Numbered from the stretch's first letter, positions 9,104 through 19,651 are shown. The stretch: DNA of 64,000 bases from Pseudomonadota bacterium (GCA_022566215.1 JADFJJ010000001.1:53791-117790); one strand, 5' to 3'. Made by a program: numbers and translations. Notes: a model not told the origin generated them from the letters alone.

Positions 9104-10088
9104 CCGGTTTAATATCACTTAGCCGGGCCGGCCCCAGGTAAAATGAACCGTCCTGCAGGATTAGCGCCAAAGGAAGGCGTTGGTCACCATCAGGTTCCGG
9201 CAGGATTGCCAAATATTCGCTAACCAATGTTGCCCCCGCCTCGTCAAGCCAGTTATTGGCCCGGAAAAAAGCAAGTATATCCTCCCATTCTTTACCGGCA
9301 AGACTGATAGCTCCAAGGGGACGCAGTTCGTTATCAAGGGTCAGACTTCCTGAACCTTCCAGCGAGGAGTTTGCATCAGTTATTTGCAGCAAATCCACCT
9401 CCAGCGTGCCGCCCTGGACACGCCATTTTGTCAACCCTTGGTATGTTATTTCGGGAATATCCTGGCCACGAAACGAAATATTGATCTGAAATGACAATTG
9501 CGTATGAGTATTTCCTTTAAGGGCCAGCTCCAGCAGTTTGGGTTCAAACAAACCCGCTTCACCAGCCCTGGTTTCCGGTTTTTTTCGCAAATGAAATGAA
9601 AAGTCCGTGAATTCCGCCGGCAGCTTCAGGTCAGGATTAGAGGTTATGCTAACTTCTTTCATTTCCGCCGACAGCCGATAGTTTCCTTCCCCGAGTGTAT
9701 TGATGCTAAAGCCAATCGTGGCCGGTTTTAGGGTCACTTCAATTTGATCTTTGAAAGTATAACTAAGGCGCAACAGAGCCTCTTCTGGAAAAATGATAAA
9801 GTGATCAAAATTCCAGGGTTGGGCAATAACTTCCATCTGGTGTGCCGTAAGTTCAAAACTCAAGGGTCCATTTTGGTATGTAAAAACGGGATTTTGAAAA
9901 ACCAGAACCAGACGATAGGGGAAGCCGGAAACCTCATAAGAGGAATATTTGAAAGTCACCCCATGGGCAGCCAGGTCCTCATGTGCTTTTTCCAGAAACA
10001 CGTCGGTGTTTTGCGAAATATAGAACCAGTAGACGCTGTACCCGAAAAGACCGGATAACAGGATAAACACAATCAGTTTCAGTCTCAT
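9090..10088 (-). CDS. membrane-anchored hypothetical protein, DUF2125-like
   Basis: 332 aa with an N-terminal TM segment. The SGFPYRLVL motif and overall layout resemble my memory of the alphaproteobacterial DUF2125 family. Not verified. Confidence 0.5.
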   Translation of the reverse strand: MRLKLIVFILLSGLFGYSVYWFYISQNTDVFLEKAHEDLAAHGVTFKYSSYEVSGFPYRLVLVFQNPVFTYQNGPLSFELTAHQMEVIAQPWNFDHFIIFPEEALLRLSYTFKDQIEVTLKPATIGFSINTLGEGNYRLSAEMKEVSITSNPDLKLPAEFTDFSFHLRKKPETRAGEAGLFEPKLLELALKGNTHTQLSFQINISFRGQDIPEITYQGLTKWRVQGGTLEVDLLQITDANSSLEGSGSLTLDNELRPLGAISLAGKEWEDILAFFRANNWLDEAGATLVSEYLAILPEPDGDQRLPLALILQDGSFYLGPARLSDIKPVIQE

Positions 10089-10810
10089 GCGTTGTGCCTG
10101 GCTTCCTTAAGGAGTTTTTCCGTTGCTCGGTTCATTTCGCCTTCCAGCTTTTTCATAAAGTCTTCCCTGGTCATTTTTCCACTGATTGGGGGAAGAAATT
10201 CCAAAATCATGGTGCCCGGTTTTCTGATATGAGTATCCCGGGGCCAAAAATATCCAGAGTTTAGGGCCACCGGCACAACCGGGACATTCAGCATGCTGTA
10301 AAGGGCGTAAACACCCGGTTGAAAGTTTTTCTTGTGGTTAATATTGACCCGGGTTCCTTCCGGGAAAATAATAATATAGCGTCCCTTGCTTAGGGCCACC
10401 TTGCTGGCCCTAACCATTACCCGAAGTGCCCCCCCGCCGGCCGAACGGTCGATTGGGATTTCCTCCAGCTTTTTCATGTACCAGCCGAAAATTGGCAGCT
10501 TGAGCATTTCCTTCTTTGCGACTATTGCGGCCTTGGGGATAATAGAGAAGAAAACCGTCGTATCCCATGCTGATTGATGTTTGCTGGCAATCAGGCATGG
10601 AGTAGGGGGGATGTTTTCTAACCCTCTGAATTCCACCTTAATACCCGCAACCTTTAGTAAAAAGGTTGTTCCCTTGGCCCATAAAGTTTGAGGGAAGAAA
10701 GCCATGCGCAGAGGAAGCGGGATCGTCAGCAACCCCATTAGGGCGCAAATAGCGGTCCATGCATAAAAGCCGGCATTGAACAGAAAGGAGCGAATATAAA
10801 TCATACCCAA
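10085..10810 (-). CDS. plsC: 1-acyl-sn-glycerol-3-phosphate acyltransferase
   Basis: 241 aa with the HxxxxD motif (KHQSAWDT) and an FPEGTR motif. Confidence 0.85.
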   Translation of the reverse strand: MGMIYIRSFLFNAGFYAWTAICALMGLLTIPLPLRMAFFPQTLWAKGTTFLLKVAGIKVEFRGLENIPPTPCLIASKHQSAWDTTVFFSIIPKAAIVAKKEMLKLPIFGWYMKKLEEIPIDRSAGGGALRVMVRASKVALSKGRYIIIFPEGTRVNINHKKNFQPGVYALYSMLNVPVVPVALNSGYFWPRDTHIRKPGTMILEFLPPISGKMTREDFMKKLEGEMNRATEKLLKEARHNA

Positions 10811-10813
10811 GAT

Positions 10814-11386
10814 TTAGTTTTTCAAATCAATGTGCACAAGGCTTAAAAGGTACTTATCATATTCGAGGGCAAGGACGAGGGGAGAAACGTCTGCCTTTAC
10901 CGGGTGGGGAATTATAGTCAGGTTATCGGCGTAATCCTGAAAAGTATTCAGGCTTCTGGGCATGTGATAATCAGAAGTAATGAGGATCAGCGAGGCATAA
11001 CCCTTGTTTTTTGCCCAAGCGGAAGCTTCCAGGGCATTGGTCCTGGTGTTGGTAGCCTGTCTTCCTGTATCGACACAGCAGTCCCATAGGGCTTGGTCTT
11101 GGCCGAAAACCGCAAGGATGGTTTCATTGTTAATTTTTTGGTCAACCCCGGAAATCAGCAACCTGTTTCCACGCCCGGCAATCAAAACTTTAAAACCTTC
11201 ATCAATGCGGCCTGGTCCGCCGGTCAAGACCACTATTCCATCTGCACGGCTTACCGTTTGTTCAATGCCCCTGACGGACACAACAAATCCAGCAAACCCG
11301 AAAGCCCAAACGATTGTCAGGAAGAAAACAAGATAAAAGGCCCTAAGCAGCAAGAGCCCGGATTTAGAATACATGTAAAGCATCAC
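10814..11386 (-). CDS. YdcF/ElyC (DUF218) family protein
   Basis: 190 aa with an N-terminal TM segment. It has the motifs VVLTGGPGRIDEG, LISGV and ITSDYHMPRS. Confidence 0.7.
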   Translation of the reverse strand: MMLYMYSKSGLLLLRAFYLVFFLTIVWAFGFAGFVVSVRGIEQTVSRADGIVVLTGGPGRIDEGFKVLIAGRGNRLLISGVDQKINNETILAVFGQDQALWDCCVDTGRQATNTRTNALEASAWAKNKGYASLILITSDYHMPRSLNTFQDYADNLTIIPHPVKADVSPLVLALEYDKYLLSLVHIDLKN

Positions 11387-11400
11387 TACCGCCCTTTACA

Positions 11401-12351
11401 TCAGACCATTTTGCCCAAAGCATGACGGACCGTCATGTCAGCAGTCCACATGCTAAGCAAAGATGTCAAGAATGGGACCAGGCCAAGAAGGGTCATTTGC
11501 CCGGCAGTCAGATACAGTCGCGGCAACAGCCCCCCGCCAATGCGGGCCGCCAAATACAGAATTAGGGTTATCGTCAACATAGCCGCTATCAGACCAATTA
11601 ACCCTCCCTTGAAACCATGCAACATAAACAATTTCCGAAATTCACTGGCAATAAGCGAATCCTTGGCGCCAATCAGGTGCATAATTTCCACTGTTTCACG
11701 GTGGGCCGCCAAGGCCGATTTAGTGGCAAATACCACCATGGCAACCGTGGTCAGCACGATCAGTGCGATGCTGACAAAGACCGCCACTTGAACCATATTT
11801 GAAAGAGAGGTCAACCGACCTATCCATTGCTGGTGATCATCTAGGCTGGCGTCGGGAGCCCTGACCCGAAGGCGGGCATTCAGGGCCGCTGTATCAATCT
11901 GGGAGCCTTGCCGGATGGTCACGGATACCATGGCCGGAACAGGAAGGTCATCGGTGACATTTCCTACCCCAAGCCAGGGCTCAAGCAGGGCTTCTAGCTC
12001 GTTTTCCGGGATTGCACGGGCCTCGATCACACCGGCAGTATCTTCGAGAACTTCCATTACAGCCCGGGTTTGGCGTTCACGTTCCCGGGCCTCTGGGTGA
12101 ACTATTTGGACGGTCAAAACCTGTGACAAATTCGTTGACCAGGCATTGGTGGCATTAAAGATAGCCAACCCTGTTGCCGACCCCAGAAGCGTTAAATATG
12201 CCATAACGGCAATGATTAAAGGCAGGAAACGATTACTCTTTTCCTTCGGCGGAAGAAAATAAAAGGTCTTCAGCCGGCCCAGAAATGAAACCTCCAGAAA
12301 GCTGGTCCGGGTTTTTTTGTCTTCAGCGGCCATAAGATAATCTTCCCTCAT
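11401..12351 (-). CDS. ftsX: cell-division ABC transporter permease FtsX
   Basis: It lies immediately downstream of ftsE, with four TM segments and a large periplasmic loop. The track ORF starts at 12399. In-frame ATGs at 12351 or 12333 give the usual short overlap with ftsE. Confidence 0.8.
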   Translation of the reverse strand: MREDYLMAAEDKKTRTSFLEVSFLGRLKTFYFLPPKEKSNRFLPLIIAVMAYLTLLGSATGLAIFNATNAWSTNLSQVLTVQIVHPEARERERQTRAVMEVLEDTAGVIEARAIPENELEALLEPWLGVGNVTDDLPVPAMVSVTIRQGSQIDTAALNARLRVRAPDASLDDHQQWIGRLTSLSNMVQVAVFVSIALIVLTTVAMVVFATKSALAAHRETVEIMHLIGAKDSLIASEFRKLFMLHGFKGGLIGLIAAMLTITLILYLAARIGGGLLPRLYLTAGQMTLLGLVPFLTSLLSMWTADMTVRHALGKMV

Positions 12352-12982
12352 GAAGTTTGAGTATCGGCACATGGTAGCGGGCCACCAACTGTGGATCATG
12401 AGTTGCGATCAGCAACGTTGTCCCCATTTTGTTCAGCTCGACAAAAAGCTTCATTATCCGCTCAGCCATATCCGGGTCGACATTACCGGTTGGCTCATCC
12501 GCCAGCAGCAATTGGGGTTTTGTTACCACCGCTCTGGCAATGGCCACCCTTTGTTTTTCTCCGCCGGAAAGAGTTGGCGGCAAAGCGTTGGTTTTGTGTC
12601 CCAAGCCAACCCATTCCAGTATTTCCTCGGCGTTTGACTGAACCTCTTTTCGTTTCACCCCCATTATGTGCAGGGGCAGGGCAACGTTTTCCAGCGCCGT
12701 CAAATGATCCAATAGGCGAAATTCCTGGAAAACTATGCCGATCCTTCGGCGCAATTTGATCAGACCACTGCGCTGGGCCTCGCCGATATCTTTCTCAAAA
12801 CAGGTCAGCCTTCCACGCGAATGGCGGTGAGATAAAGACAACAGTTTTAAAAGTGATGATTTTCCCGCGCCGCTGGGCCCGGTTAAAAAATGAAACGAAC
12901 CGGCCTCCAGTTCAAAATTTATGTCGGTCAGAATTTCTTCTTCGCCGCCATACCGCATTCCGACATTTTCAAAGCGGATCAA
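12323..12982 (-). CDS. ftsE: cell-division ATP-binding protein FtsE
   Basis: 219 aa. Walker A is GPSGAGKSS, the signature is LSGGEKQR, and Walker B is LLLADEPTGNVD. Confidence 0.9.
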   Translation of the reverse strand: MIRFENVGMRYGGEEEILTDINFELEAGSFHFLTGPSGAGKSSLLKLLSLSHRHSRGRLTCFEKDIGEAQRSGLIKLRRRIGIVFQEFRLLDHLTALENVALPLHIMGVKRKEVQSNAEEILEWVGLGHKTNALPPTLSGGEKQRVAIARAVVTKPQLLLADEPTGNVDPDMAERIMKLFVELNKMGTTLLIATHDPQLVARYHVPILKLHEGRLSYGR

Positions 12983-13183
12983 ATAAACCTCCGGCTCAAA
13001 ACTCTTGTGTTGTTTTAGATTTACACGTCAGGTTTCTGGCCGTCCAGACTAATCAGGGTTTTTCATTTGTTGATTAAGGCGGCCACCTGAGATAGGGATA
13101 AACTGTTTTGAACCCAAGCAGGTTTATAGGTTAAGACCAACGCTTTCCAGTGCCATGATTTTGGTCTTTAAGGAAAACAACCA

Positions 13184-13963
13184 ATGATTATCAGCTGCAC
13201 TGAATGTGGAACGCGATATGTTGTCGCACCTCAGGCCATCGGCAAGGACGGGCGCCTGGTAAAGTGTTCCAAATGTGCACATACATGGTTCGAGGAACCG
13301 CCGGAGGGGGATTTGGAAATTGTACCGGGACAGGTTTTAGCCGGGGAACAAAATCCAAGCACCAAAATGGAGGAAGATATGAAACCCAAGCCCGAAAAAA
13401 ATGATCCCGTAATGGGAAAGGAAGACCCGCAAGGTTCAGAGATCAGGCGCAATGTACCAGCCGTGATAAAAGAGAAATCCCACGGGGTAACAATAGGCTG
13501 GGTAGTCCTTGTAGTTTTTTTGTTGGGCCTGACCTTTTCCCTTAATTATTTTCGCCAGCCTCTAGAGGATGAGTACCCGGTAGCCGAAGTTCTTTACCAA
13601 AAATGGGATTTTCTGGTCATGGGAAAAAATCCGCCAGCCCAACCCGTGCCGCTGCCGATCGTGGAAACCAAAGCACATCCGGCATCGTTCCTGGCCATAC
13701 GTCAAAGCGCAGAGGTCCGGTTCATTGAAGGTTCGCCCAGCCTGGCCTTGGCTCTTGAGATCACCAACACAGGGAGAGATGACGTAGAGCTCCCCATTTT
13801 GACTGGGATTATTAATAATGCGGAAGAGGTGGAAGTTTTTACCTGGGTGATGAAACTGGATCCTTCCCTCATCCCGGCTGGCGGGTTCCAGCAATATAAT
13901 ATTGATGTAGATAATATCCCGGCGGATTCTGCCACGGCAGAAGTGTTTTTCGACTGGAACTAA
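13184..13963 (+). CDS. MJ0042-type zinc-ribbon protein with a DUF3426-like C-terminal domain
   Basis: The N-terminus MIISCTECGTRYVVAPQAIGKDGRLVKCSKCAHTWF has two CxxC pairs. A central TM segment and a beta-rich C-terminus follow. Confidence 0.75.
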   Translation: MIISCTECGTRYVVAPQAIGKDGRLVKCSKCAHTWFEEPPEGDLEIVPGQVLAGEQNPSTKMEEDMKPKPEKNDPVMGKEDPQGSEIRRNVPAVIKEKSHGVTIGWVVLVVFLLGLTFSLNYFRQPLEDEYPVAEVLYQKWDFLVMGKNPPAQPVPLPIVETKAHPASFLAIRQSAEVRFIEGSPSLALALEITNTGRDDVELPILTGIINNAEEVEVFTWVMKLDPSLIPAGGFQQYNIDVDNIPADSATAEVFFDWN

Positions 13964-13988
13964 ATGCCTTCCTGGTTTCCAGGTTTTT

Positions 13989-15590
13989 TCAGGAAACCAT
14001 TACCGGGCGTTGCTCAAATAAAGCCCGGAACGCCAAAAGCGTTTTAAGGGCTTCCCCGGTTTCACCCCTGCTGACTTGGTTCCGCATCTGAGAGATCAGG
14101 TTTTTAAATGAAGAAAACCCCGGCATCGCTATCCGCCCGGAATTTTCATTCAGGCTGAGCCGGCGTGAAAGTAACATAAATTCGGCGTCGAACATGACTT
14201 CCATTCGGGCCTGAAGATTACCCGCCAAATGGTCAAATTCTTCCAGGTCCTGTTCCTTTGCCAACATCTGGACCATGCGTTCCATAAGCGCTTGTACGCC
14301 TTGTTCTTCAAAGGAACCGTTATCCTCCAGCCGGAGAGCTGTTTGCCATAAGTATCTGGAAACCTCTTCAAAATCTTCCGGGGTTTCCGCCGAACGAAGT
14401 TTCCAGTAGGCGGACCTGAGCGCCAGATAAATTCCGGTATTGTATTGAAAAGCAGCTTTTTCATTGGTCAGGGTATTCAGGCGCTGGATCTGGGCGCCTT
14501 TCCGGCCCGGTGTAATGAGCAGGGCTTTCCGGATAGAGACCAGTGTTTGCGCTACCGGGTTCTGAAAGGATTCTTCAGGGAGCAGAAGGGTTACAGGTTC
14601 ACCGGCGCTGATTTGACCCAAACCATCCACGGCCTTGATAACAGCTCTAACGGTGGTCCCCGCCCAAGGGTGGCTTAATAGGTTGGTGTGATAAGTCAGG
14701 GTCGTTTGGTCATCAGGGGCTGCAAGCACCGGAAGAAAAATTATTTTAGTCTCGGTACCTGTTATTCCCCGGCGGCTCAGTTCCAGAAAAACCTCTTCCA
14801 CACCGTGATCATCCCAAAGAGTATATTTTAATTCATAGGATTTTCTTTTGGTCAGGATGGGCTTGGCAACCAATGCCACCCTGGGGGCCTCATCCGGAAT
14901 GACCTCGAAAGCTTGCCGTATGGAAACATATGGACCGACCCTGATATCCAGCGTCGTTTCTTCATTCAGGATATGCTTCGAAAGATAAACACCCTTGCTG
15001 GTTTTGTAACTTTGGCCAAGAGAATTTCCGAGCGAAATAAAAGGTGAAAAATCTTCGGTGTTTTTAATCTCAATCGTCAGGATACTTCCTTCCGGTAGGA
15101 AAATAATGTCATTTCCATCGTAACGGCCATAAGGTCCATCCTTCTCAGACAAAAGGAGGACTTCCTGCTGATTCAAATAAGATGGGGGAGTAATGGTCAG
15201 GTTCAGCAAAACTTCCGTCGGCGGTTGCTTCAGGGAAAAAGTCATGGCCTGAAGGATGCGGCCCGGAATTCCAGACCCTGTATAGGAAACCCCAAGAATC
15301 AGTCCTCCAAGCACAGCGAAAGAAAGGGCGTGTAACCTCCACGCCGGTTGTAGGTCCAACAATTTAACCTCAGCCGGACTTTGGTAATGTTTAAGCCTAC
15401 TGTAAGCCCGGAGGTTCTTGCGAGTATTCCAATAGACGGCGCCAAGGCAGCCCACCAGGGCAATATTCTTTAACCAGTAGGGCAGGTAAGCCCAAACCTC
15501 GAATAGGGAAGCAGAAACATATGCCCCAAAAATCACCAGCGCATACTGAACAATCCTAAAGAGCGTTTTCGTTTTCGACATTTGCCGCAA
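13989..15590 (-). CDS. membrane protein, DUF4175/TIGR02302-like
   Basis: 533 aa with N-terminal TM helices, an ITPPSY motif and a helical C-terminus. It resembles the alphaproteobacterial DUF4175 family as I remember it, but is shorter than I recall for that family. Confidence 0.45.
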   Translation of the reverse strand: MRQMSKTKTLFRIVQYALVIFGAYVSASLFEVWAYLPYWLKNIALVGCLGAVYWNTRKNLRAYSRLKHYQSPAEVKLLDLQPAWRLHALSFAVLGGLILGVSYTGSGIPGRILQAMTFSLKQPPTEVLLNLTITPPSYLNQQEVLLLSEKDGPYGRYDGNDIIFLPEGSILTIEIKNTEDFSPFISLGNSLGQSYKTSKGVYLSKHILNEETTLDIRVGPYVSIRQAFEVIPDEAPRVALVAKPILTKRKSYELKYTLWDDHGVEEVFLELSRRGITGTETKIIFLPVLAAPDDQTTLTYHTNLLSHPWAGTTVRAVIKAVDGLGQISAGEPVTLLLPEESFQNPVAQTLVSIRKALLITPGRKGAQIQRLNTLTNEKAAFQYNTGIYLALRSAYWKLRSAETPEDFEEVSRYLWQTALRLEDNGSFEEQGVQALMERMVQMLAKEQDLEEFDHLAGNLQARMEVMFDAEFMLLSRRLSLNENSGRIAMPGFSSFKNLISQMRNQVSRGETGEALKTLLAFRALFEQRPVMVS

Positions 15591-15592
15591 AT

Positions 15593-15730
15593 TTAATTCT
15601 CCACAGCTTGAATTAGGACAATGGCCGTGTCTTTATATTTATCCGGGGCTTCCAATTCCCCTTTTTTGCCGCAGGCGCCAAGGCCAAGAGCGAAAAGCAA
15701 AAGAAAAGTAGTCAAGGTAGCTGTTTTCAT
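15593..15730 (-). CDS. small lipoprotein (45 aa), LptM/YifL-like
   Basis: Not in the ORF track. My own translation is MKTATLTTFLLLFALGLGACGKKGELEAPDKYKDTAIVLIQAVEN. It has a signal peptide, an LGAC lipobox and a CGKKG-type start of the mature protein. Its stop is 2 nt before the ATG (15590) of the next gene. Confidence 0.55.
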   Translation of the reverse strand: MKTATLTTFLLLFALGLGACGKKGELEAPDKYKDTAIVLIQAVEN

Positions 15731-15857
15731 ATCCAGTCCTCAAAATTACTGTTGGAAATGCTCTCTTAATCTACATTTGTCCCAAAGGTCAAATCAAGCC
15801 AACAAAATGTGAGATTGAAGCGGTGGAAAAAAAAATGCAAACCCACTAAAAGAAGGC

Positions 15858-16427
15858 ATGAAAAAAATACTTCCCATCCTGATCATCGCCACAGCAGCCA
15901 GCGGGTGGTTTTTGTTCCTGCTTTACCAGGATTGGACCTCCCTGGCCCACTTGGAGCACGAGACTCGGGGAGCTATGTCTGAGTTCATTATCTTTGACAG
16001 AAAAAAAGACATGCCCCAAACCCCGGTTTTTGACCGGGATGGAAATACTCTCAGTTTTAAGGATTTCAAGGGCACGGCACTTCTGGTTAATTTATGGGCG
16101 ACCTGGTGCGAGCCGTGCCGTGAGGAAATGCCGACCCTTTTGGATTTACAAAAAGTAATGAAAGGGGAAAATTTCCGGGTTCTTACAATTTCCATTGACT
16201 GGCAAGGATATCAGGTCATTGACCCGTTTCTGGAAGAATATCAGGTTGCTGACCTGACTGTTTACTGGGATAAATCAAACCGGCTTCCAAATCAGCTGGC
16301 TGTCAAGGGATTGCCATTGACGATTTTGATTAACAAGGACGGAGACTGGGTCGGCCGCTTTGATGGCCCTGCGGAATGGAACAGCGTTGACGCCATCCGC
16401 TTAATGCGGGCTGCGGCAAGGGAATAA
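15858..16427 (+). CDS. TlpA-family periplasmic thiol:disulfide oxidoreductase
   Basis: 189 aa with an N-terminal TM anchor and a thioredoxin CxxC site (WATWCEPCREEMP). Confidence 0.85.
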   Translation: MKKILPILIIATAASGWFLFLLYQDWTSLAHLEHETRGAMSEFIIFDRKKDMPQTPVFDRDGNTLSFKDFKGTALLVNLWATWCEPCREEMPTLLDLQKVMKGENFRVLTISIDWQGYQVIDPFLEEYQVADLTVYWDKSNRLPNQLAVKGLPLTILINKDGDWVGRFDGPAEWNSVDAIRLMRAAARE

Positions 16428-16428
16428 T

Positions 16429-17301
16429 CTAGCGGGTTGGCACCGGGTCATCCCCCGAATAATCATAAAAACCCTTGCCGGATTTTCGGCCCAGCCAACC
16501 GGCCTCAACATATTTTACCAACAACGGGCAGGGGCGGTATTTGGAATCCGAAAACCCGTCATAAAGCACTTGCATAATGGCAAGGCAAGTATCAAGGCCG
16601 ATGAAGTCCGCCAAGGTCAGTGGACCCATCGGTTGATTGGTCCCAAGCCTCATGGTGGTATCAATCGCCTCCACAGTACCGACCCCCTCGTAGAGGGTGT
16701 AAATCGCCTCGTTGATCATCGGCATCAGGATACGGTTGGCGAGAAAACCCGGAACATCATTTGAAACAGTGGGGGTTTTTCCCATTTTTTCGGCCAGTGA
16801 CTTAACGGTCTCAAATGTTTCTTTATCTGTGGCGATGCCGGGGATCAACTCCACCAGTTTCATGATCGGCACCGGGTTCATGAAATGCATGCCCATAAAC
16901 TTTTCCGGGCGATCAGTCACCGCCCCCAGACGGGTAATGGAAATTGAAGAGGTGTTGGATGCCAACAAGGTTTCCTTTGGCAAAACCTTGCAAACTTCGG
17001 CCAGTATCTTCAGCTTAAGTTCCAGGTTTTCGGTTGCAGCTTCAATAACAATATCACAGTCCTTGAAGTTCTGATTGTCAGCGGTGGTTAAAACGCGTCC
17101 CAAAGCAGCATCACGATCGGCCTCAGAAATAGTTTCTTTCTTGACCTGGCGATCCATATTCTTTGCAATGACTGCTTTTCCAGCCTCGGCCAGCTTGGTA
17201 GTGATATCAGAGAGGACAACATCAAATCCGGCCAGCGCCGCAACATGGGCAATCCCTGCACCCATCTGGCCGGCTCCGATAACTCCGATTTTTTTAATCA
17301 T
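16429..17301 (-). CDS. hbd: 3-hydroxybutyryl-CoA dehydrogenase
   Basis: The Rossmann motif IGVIGAGQMGAGIA starts at MIKKIGV (ATG at 17301). The track's longer start at 17346 would overlap etfA. 3HCDH N- and C-terminal patterns are present throughout. Confidence 0.9.
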   Translation of the reverse strand: MIKKIGVIGAGQMGAGIAHVAALAGFDVVLSDITTKLAEAGKAVIAKNMDRQVKKETISEADRDAALGRVLTTADNQNFKDCDIVIEAATENLELKLKILAEVCKVLPKETLLASNTSSISITRLGAVTDRPEKFMGMHFMNPVPIMKLVELIPGIATDKETFETVKSLAEKMGKTPTVSNDVPGFLANRILMPMINEAIYTLYEGVGTVEAIDTTMRLGTNQPMGPLTLADFIGLDTCLAIMQVLYDGFSDSKYRPCPLLVKYVEAGWLGRKSGKGFYDYSGDDPVPTR

Positions 17302-17311
17302 TACGGGCTTC

Positions 17312-18241
17312 CTAAAGGGCCTTTTCCAATTGCGGCAGGGCTTCAAACAAATCCATTACTAGCCCGTAATCAGCAACCTGGAATATCGGCGCTTCCTCGT
17401 CCTTATTGATGGCAACAATAATTTTGCTGTCTTTCATCCCGGCCAGATGCTGGATCGCCCCGGAAATGCCGACCGCGATATAAAGATCGGGGGCGACAAT
17501 CTTGCCGGTTTGACCAACTTGGAAATCATTAGGAACAAACCCGGCATCAACCGCGGCGCGGCTGGCGCCAATGGCCGCACCCAGCTTATCGGCAACCGCT
17601 TCAATCAGCTTGAAATTCTCTCTGCTGCCCATGCCACGGCCGCCCGAGATCACTATTTTCGCCGAGGTCAGTTCGGGCCGGTCGGATTTGGAAAGCTCCG
17701 CCTTGATGAACTTCGATTGGCTTTGAGCGCCGTTAGCTTTTACCGCTTCAATGAGGGCTGAGCCACCCTTTGGAGCAGCTGGCTCGAAAGCCGTGGTTCT
17801 GACAGTGATTACCTTGATATTATCAGTGGTTTGTACCGTTTGAATGGCATTCCCGGCATAAATAGGGCGTTTAAAAGTGTCCGCAGATTCTACCGAAATG
17901 ATATCCGATATCTGCATCACATCAAGGGTGGCGGCAACCCGTGGCAAAATATTTTTCCCGGTCGTAGTGGCCGGGGCCAGGATGGCACTGTAACCATTGG
18001 CAAGATTCTTCACCAAAGGGGCCAACCCTTCCGCCAGCGGGTGATCATAGGCGGCATCGTCGCATACTAAAACCTTGGTGACCCCTTTGATTCTGGCCGC
18101 GGCCTCGGCAACGCCCTTACAGCCCTTGCCGGCGACCAAAACATGGACCTCTTTGTCAAGTTTCATGGCCGCCGTAACGGTATTCAAAGTCCCGTCCTTC
18201 AGAGACGTATTGTCATGTTCTGCAAGCACCAGAGCGGTCAT
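17312..18241 (-). CDS. etfA: electron transfer flavoprotein alpha subunit
   Basis: 309 aa. It has the C-terminal FAD-binding pattern ([11 protein letters not shown]...[19 protein letters not shown]). Confidence 0.95.
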   Translation of the reverse strand: MTALVLAEHDNTSLKDGTLNTVTAAMKLDKEVHVLVAGKGCKGVAEAAARIKGVTKVLVCDDAAYDHPLAEGLAPLVKNLANGYSAILAPATTTGKNILPRVAATLDVMQISDIISVESADTFKRPIYAGNAIQTVQTTDNIKVITVRTTAFEPAAPKGGSALIEAVKANGAQSQSKFIKAELSKSDRPELTSAKIVISGGRGMGSRENFKLIEAVADKLGAAIGASRAAVDAGFVPNDFQVGQTGKIVAPDLYIAVGISGAIQHLAGMKDSKIIVAINKDEEAPIFQVADYGLVMDLFEALPQLEKAL

Positions 18242-18987
18242 CAGATTACTCCCTCTTGTTTGAGCTTGCCGACAAGTTCTTCAACGCTCTCCACTTTTAT
18301 CCCAGCTTCACGTTTGGCAGGTTCCTCAACCTTGAGGGATTTCAGGCGCGGGGAAATGTCCACCCCCAGATCTTCCGGGGTTTTTTCATCGATGGGTTTT
18401 TGCTTGGCTTTCATGATGTTGGGGAGAGAGGCATAACGCGGTTCGTTTAACCTGAGGTCGGTAGTAATCACCGCAGGGATAGTTATCTTTATGGTTTCAA
18501 GCCCGCCGTCAATTTCGCGGGTGACCTGAACGGCCCCGTTTTCCAATCTAACTTCAGAGGCAAATGTGCCCTGCGGCCAGCCAAGCAGGGCCGCCAGCAT
18601 CTGGCCGGTCTGGTTGCAATCATCATCGATTGCCTGTTTGCCCATGATAACGAGGTCCAGGTTTTCATCGCCGACAATTTTCTGCAACAACTTGGCCACT
18701 GCCAAGGGCTCAACCAGTTGGTCGGTCTTGACCAGGATACCCCGGTCAGCTCCCATCGCAAGAGCGGTTCGGATGGTTTCCTGAGCCTGCTGTGGACCGA
18801 TGGAAACAGCGACAATTTCCGAGATTTTTCCGGCTTCTTTCAAGCGCACAGCTTCTTCAACCGCGATTTCATCGAACGGGTTCATCGACATCTTGACATT
18901 TTGCAATTCCACCCCGGAATTATCCGCCTTGACGCGGACTTTGACGTTGAAATCGACAACCCGTTTGACAGGTACGAGAACTTTCAT
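18241..18987 (-). CDS. etfB: electron transfer flavoprotein beta subunit
   Basis: 248 aa beginning [20 protein letters not shown]..., the typical EtfB N-terminus. It overlaps the etfA start by 1 nt. Confidence 0.95.
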   Translation of the reverse strand: MKVLVPVKRVVDFNVKVRVKADNSGVELQNVKMSMNPFDEIAVEEAVRLKEAGKISEIVAVSIGPQQAQETIRTALAMGADRGILVKTDQLVEPLAVAKLLQKIVGDENLDLVIMGKQAIDDDCNQTGQMLAALLGWPQGTFASEVRLENGAVQVTREIDGGLETIKITIPAVITTDLRLNEPRYASLPNIMKAKQKPIDEKTPEDLGVDISPRLKSLKVEEPAKREAGIKVESVEELVGKLKQEGVI

Positions 18988-19083
18988 GAAAAACCCCTGT
19001 AATCAGTCGGTTGGCCAAAATTTATGGCCCAGCGATAGCCGATGTATAAACGTAAGTCAATGGACGGAAGGCGGCAGAATTTT

Positions 19084-19650
19084 TCAGTTTTTTCGGTTTT
19101 TGCCCGGCACCCAAAGGACGTCTTTTGCGCCCTTTTGGTTGAGAAACCTGGCCAGCACAAAAAGATAATCCGAAAGGCGGTTGAGATATTTCAGAACCTC
19201 CTCATTTACGGCTTCACTGGCGGCCAAGGTAACGGCCAGGCTTTCCGCCCGCCTGACAATCGCCCGGGCCAGGTGAAGATGGCCTGAAGCCGCGCTGCCG
19301 CCCGGAAGAATAAAACTGTTCAAGGGAGAAAGTTCGGTATTCATCAGGTCTATTTCCCTCTCCAGCCAGGTCACCTGAGAAGCGGTTATCCTGAGCGCCT
19401 TTTTTTCCGGCTTCCCTTCCGGGGTAGCAATATCCGCTCCAAGATCAAAAAGGTCATTCTGAATTCTGGAAAGGGATTTATCAGCCTGGTCCTGGGCATG
19501 AAGCCGGGCCAGACCGATCGCTGAATTTGCCTCATCCACGGCACCGATTGCCATTATTCTTGGGGTATCCTTCCTGACCCGGCTGCCGTCACTGAGGGAG
19601 GTTTTACCCCGATCACCGGCCCCGGTATAAATCTTTGTCAGCTTAACCAC
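19084..19650 (-). CDS. ATP:cob(I)alamin adenosyltransferase, PduO type
   Basis: It carries the motif KIYTGAGDRGKTSL. I chose the GTG at 19650 (VKLTKIYT), which has a GGAGA upstream and lies just after the preceding gene's stop. The track's TTG at 19683 would overlap that gene. Confidence 0.85.
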   Translation of the reverse strand: MVKLTKIYTGAGDRGKTSLSDGSRVRKDTPRIMAIGAVDEANSAIGLARLHAQDQADKSLSRIQNDLFDLGADIATPEGKPEKKALRITASQVTWLEREIDLMNTELSPLNSFILPGGSAASGHLHLARAIVRRAESLAVTLAASEAVNEEVLKYLNRLSDYLFVLARFLNQKGAKDVLWVPGKNRKN

Positions 19651-19651
19651 C

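Noticed and set aside
17302-17346. Longer N-terminal extensions of hbd (to 17346), the TPR gene (to 25549), the pseudouridine synthase (to 48982) and the portal (from 35784).
   Set aside because: These extensions overlap upstream genes or lack family-conserved sequence. Internal ATGs coincide with the conserved N-termini, and some also have an RBS.
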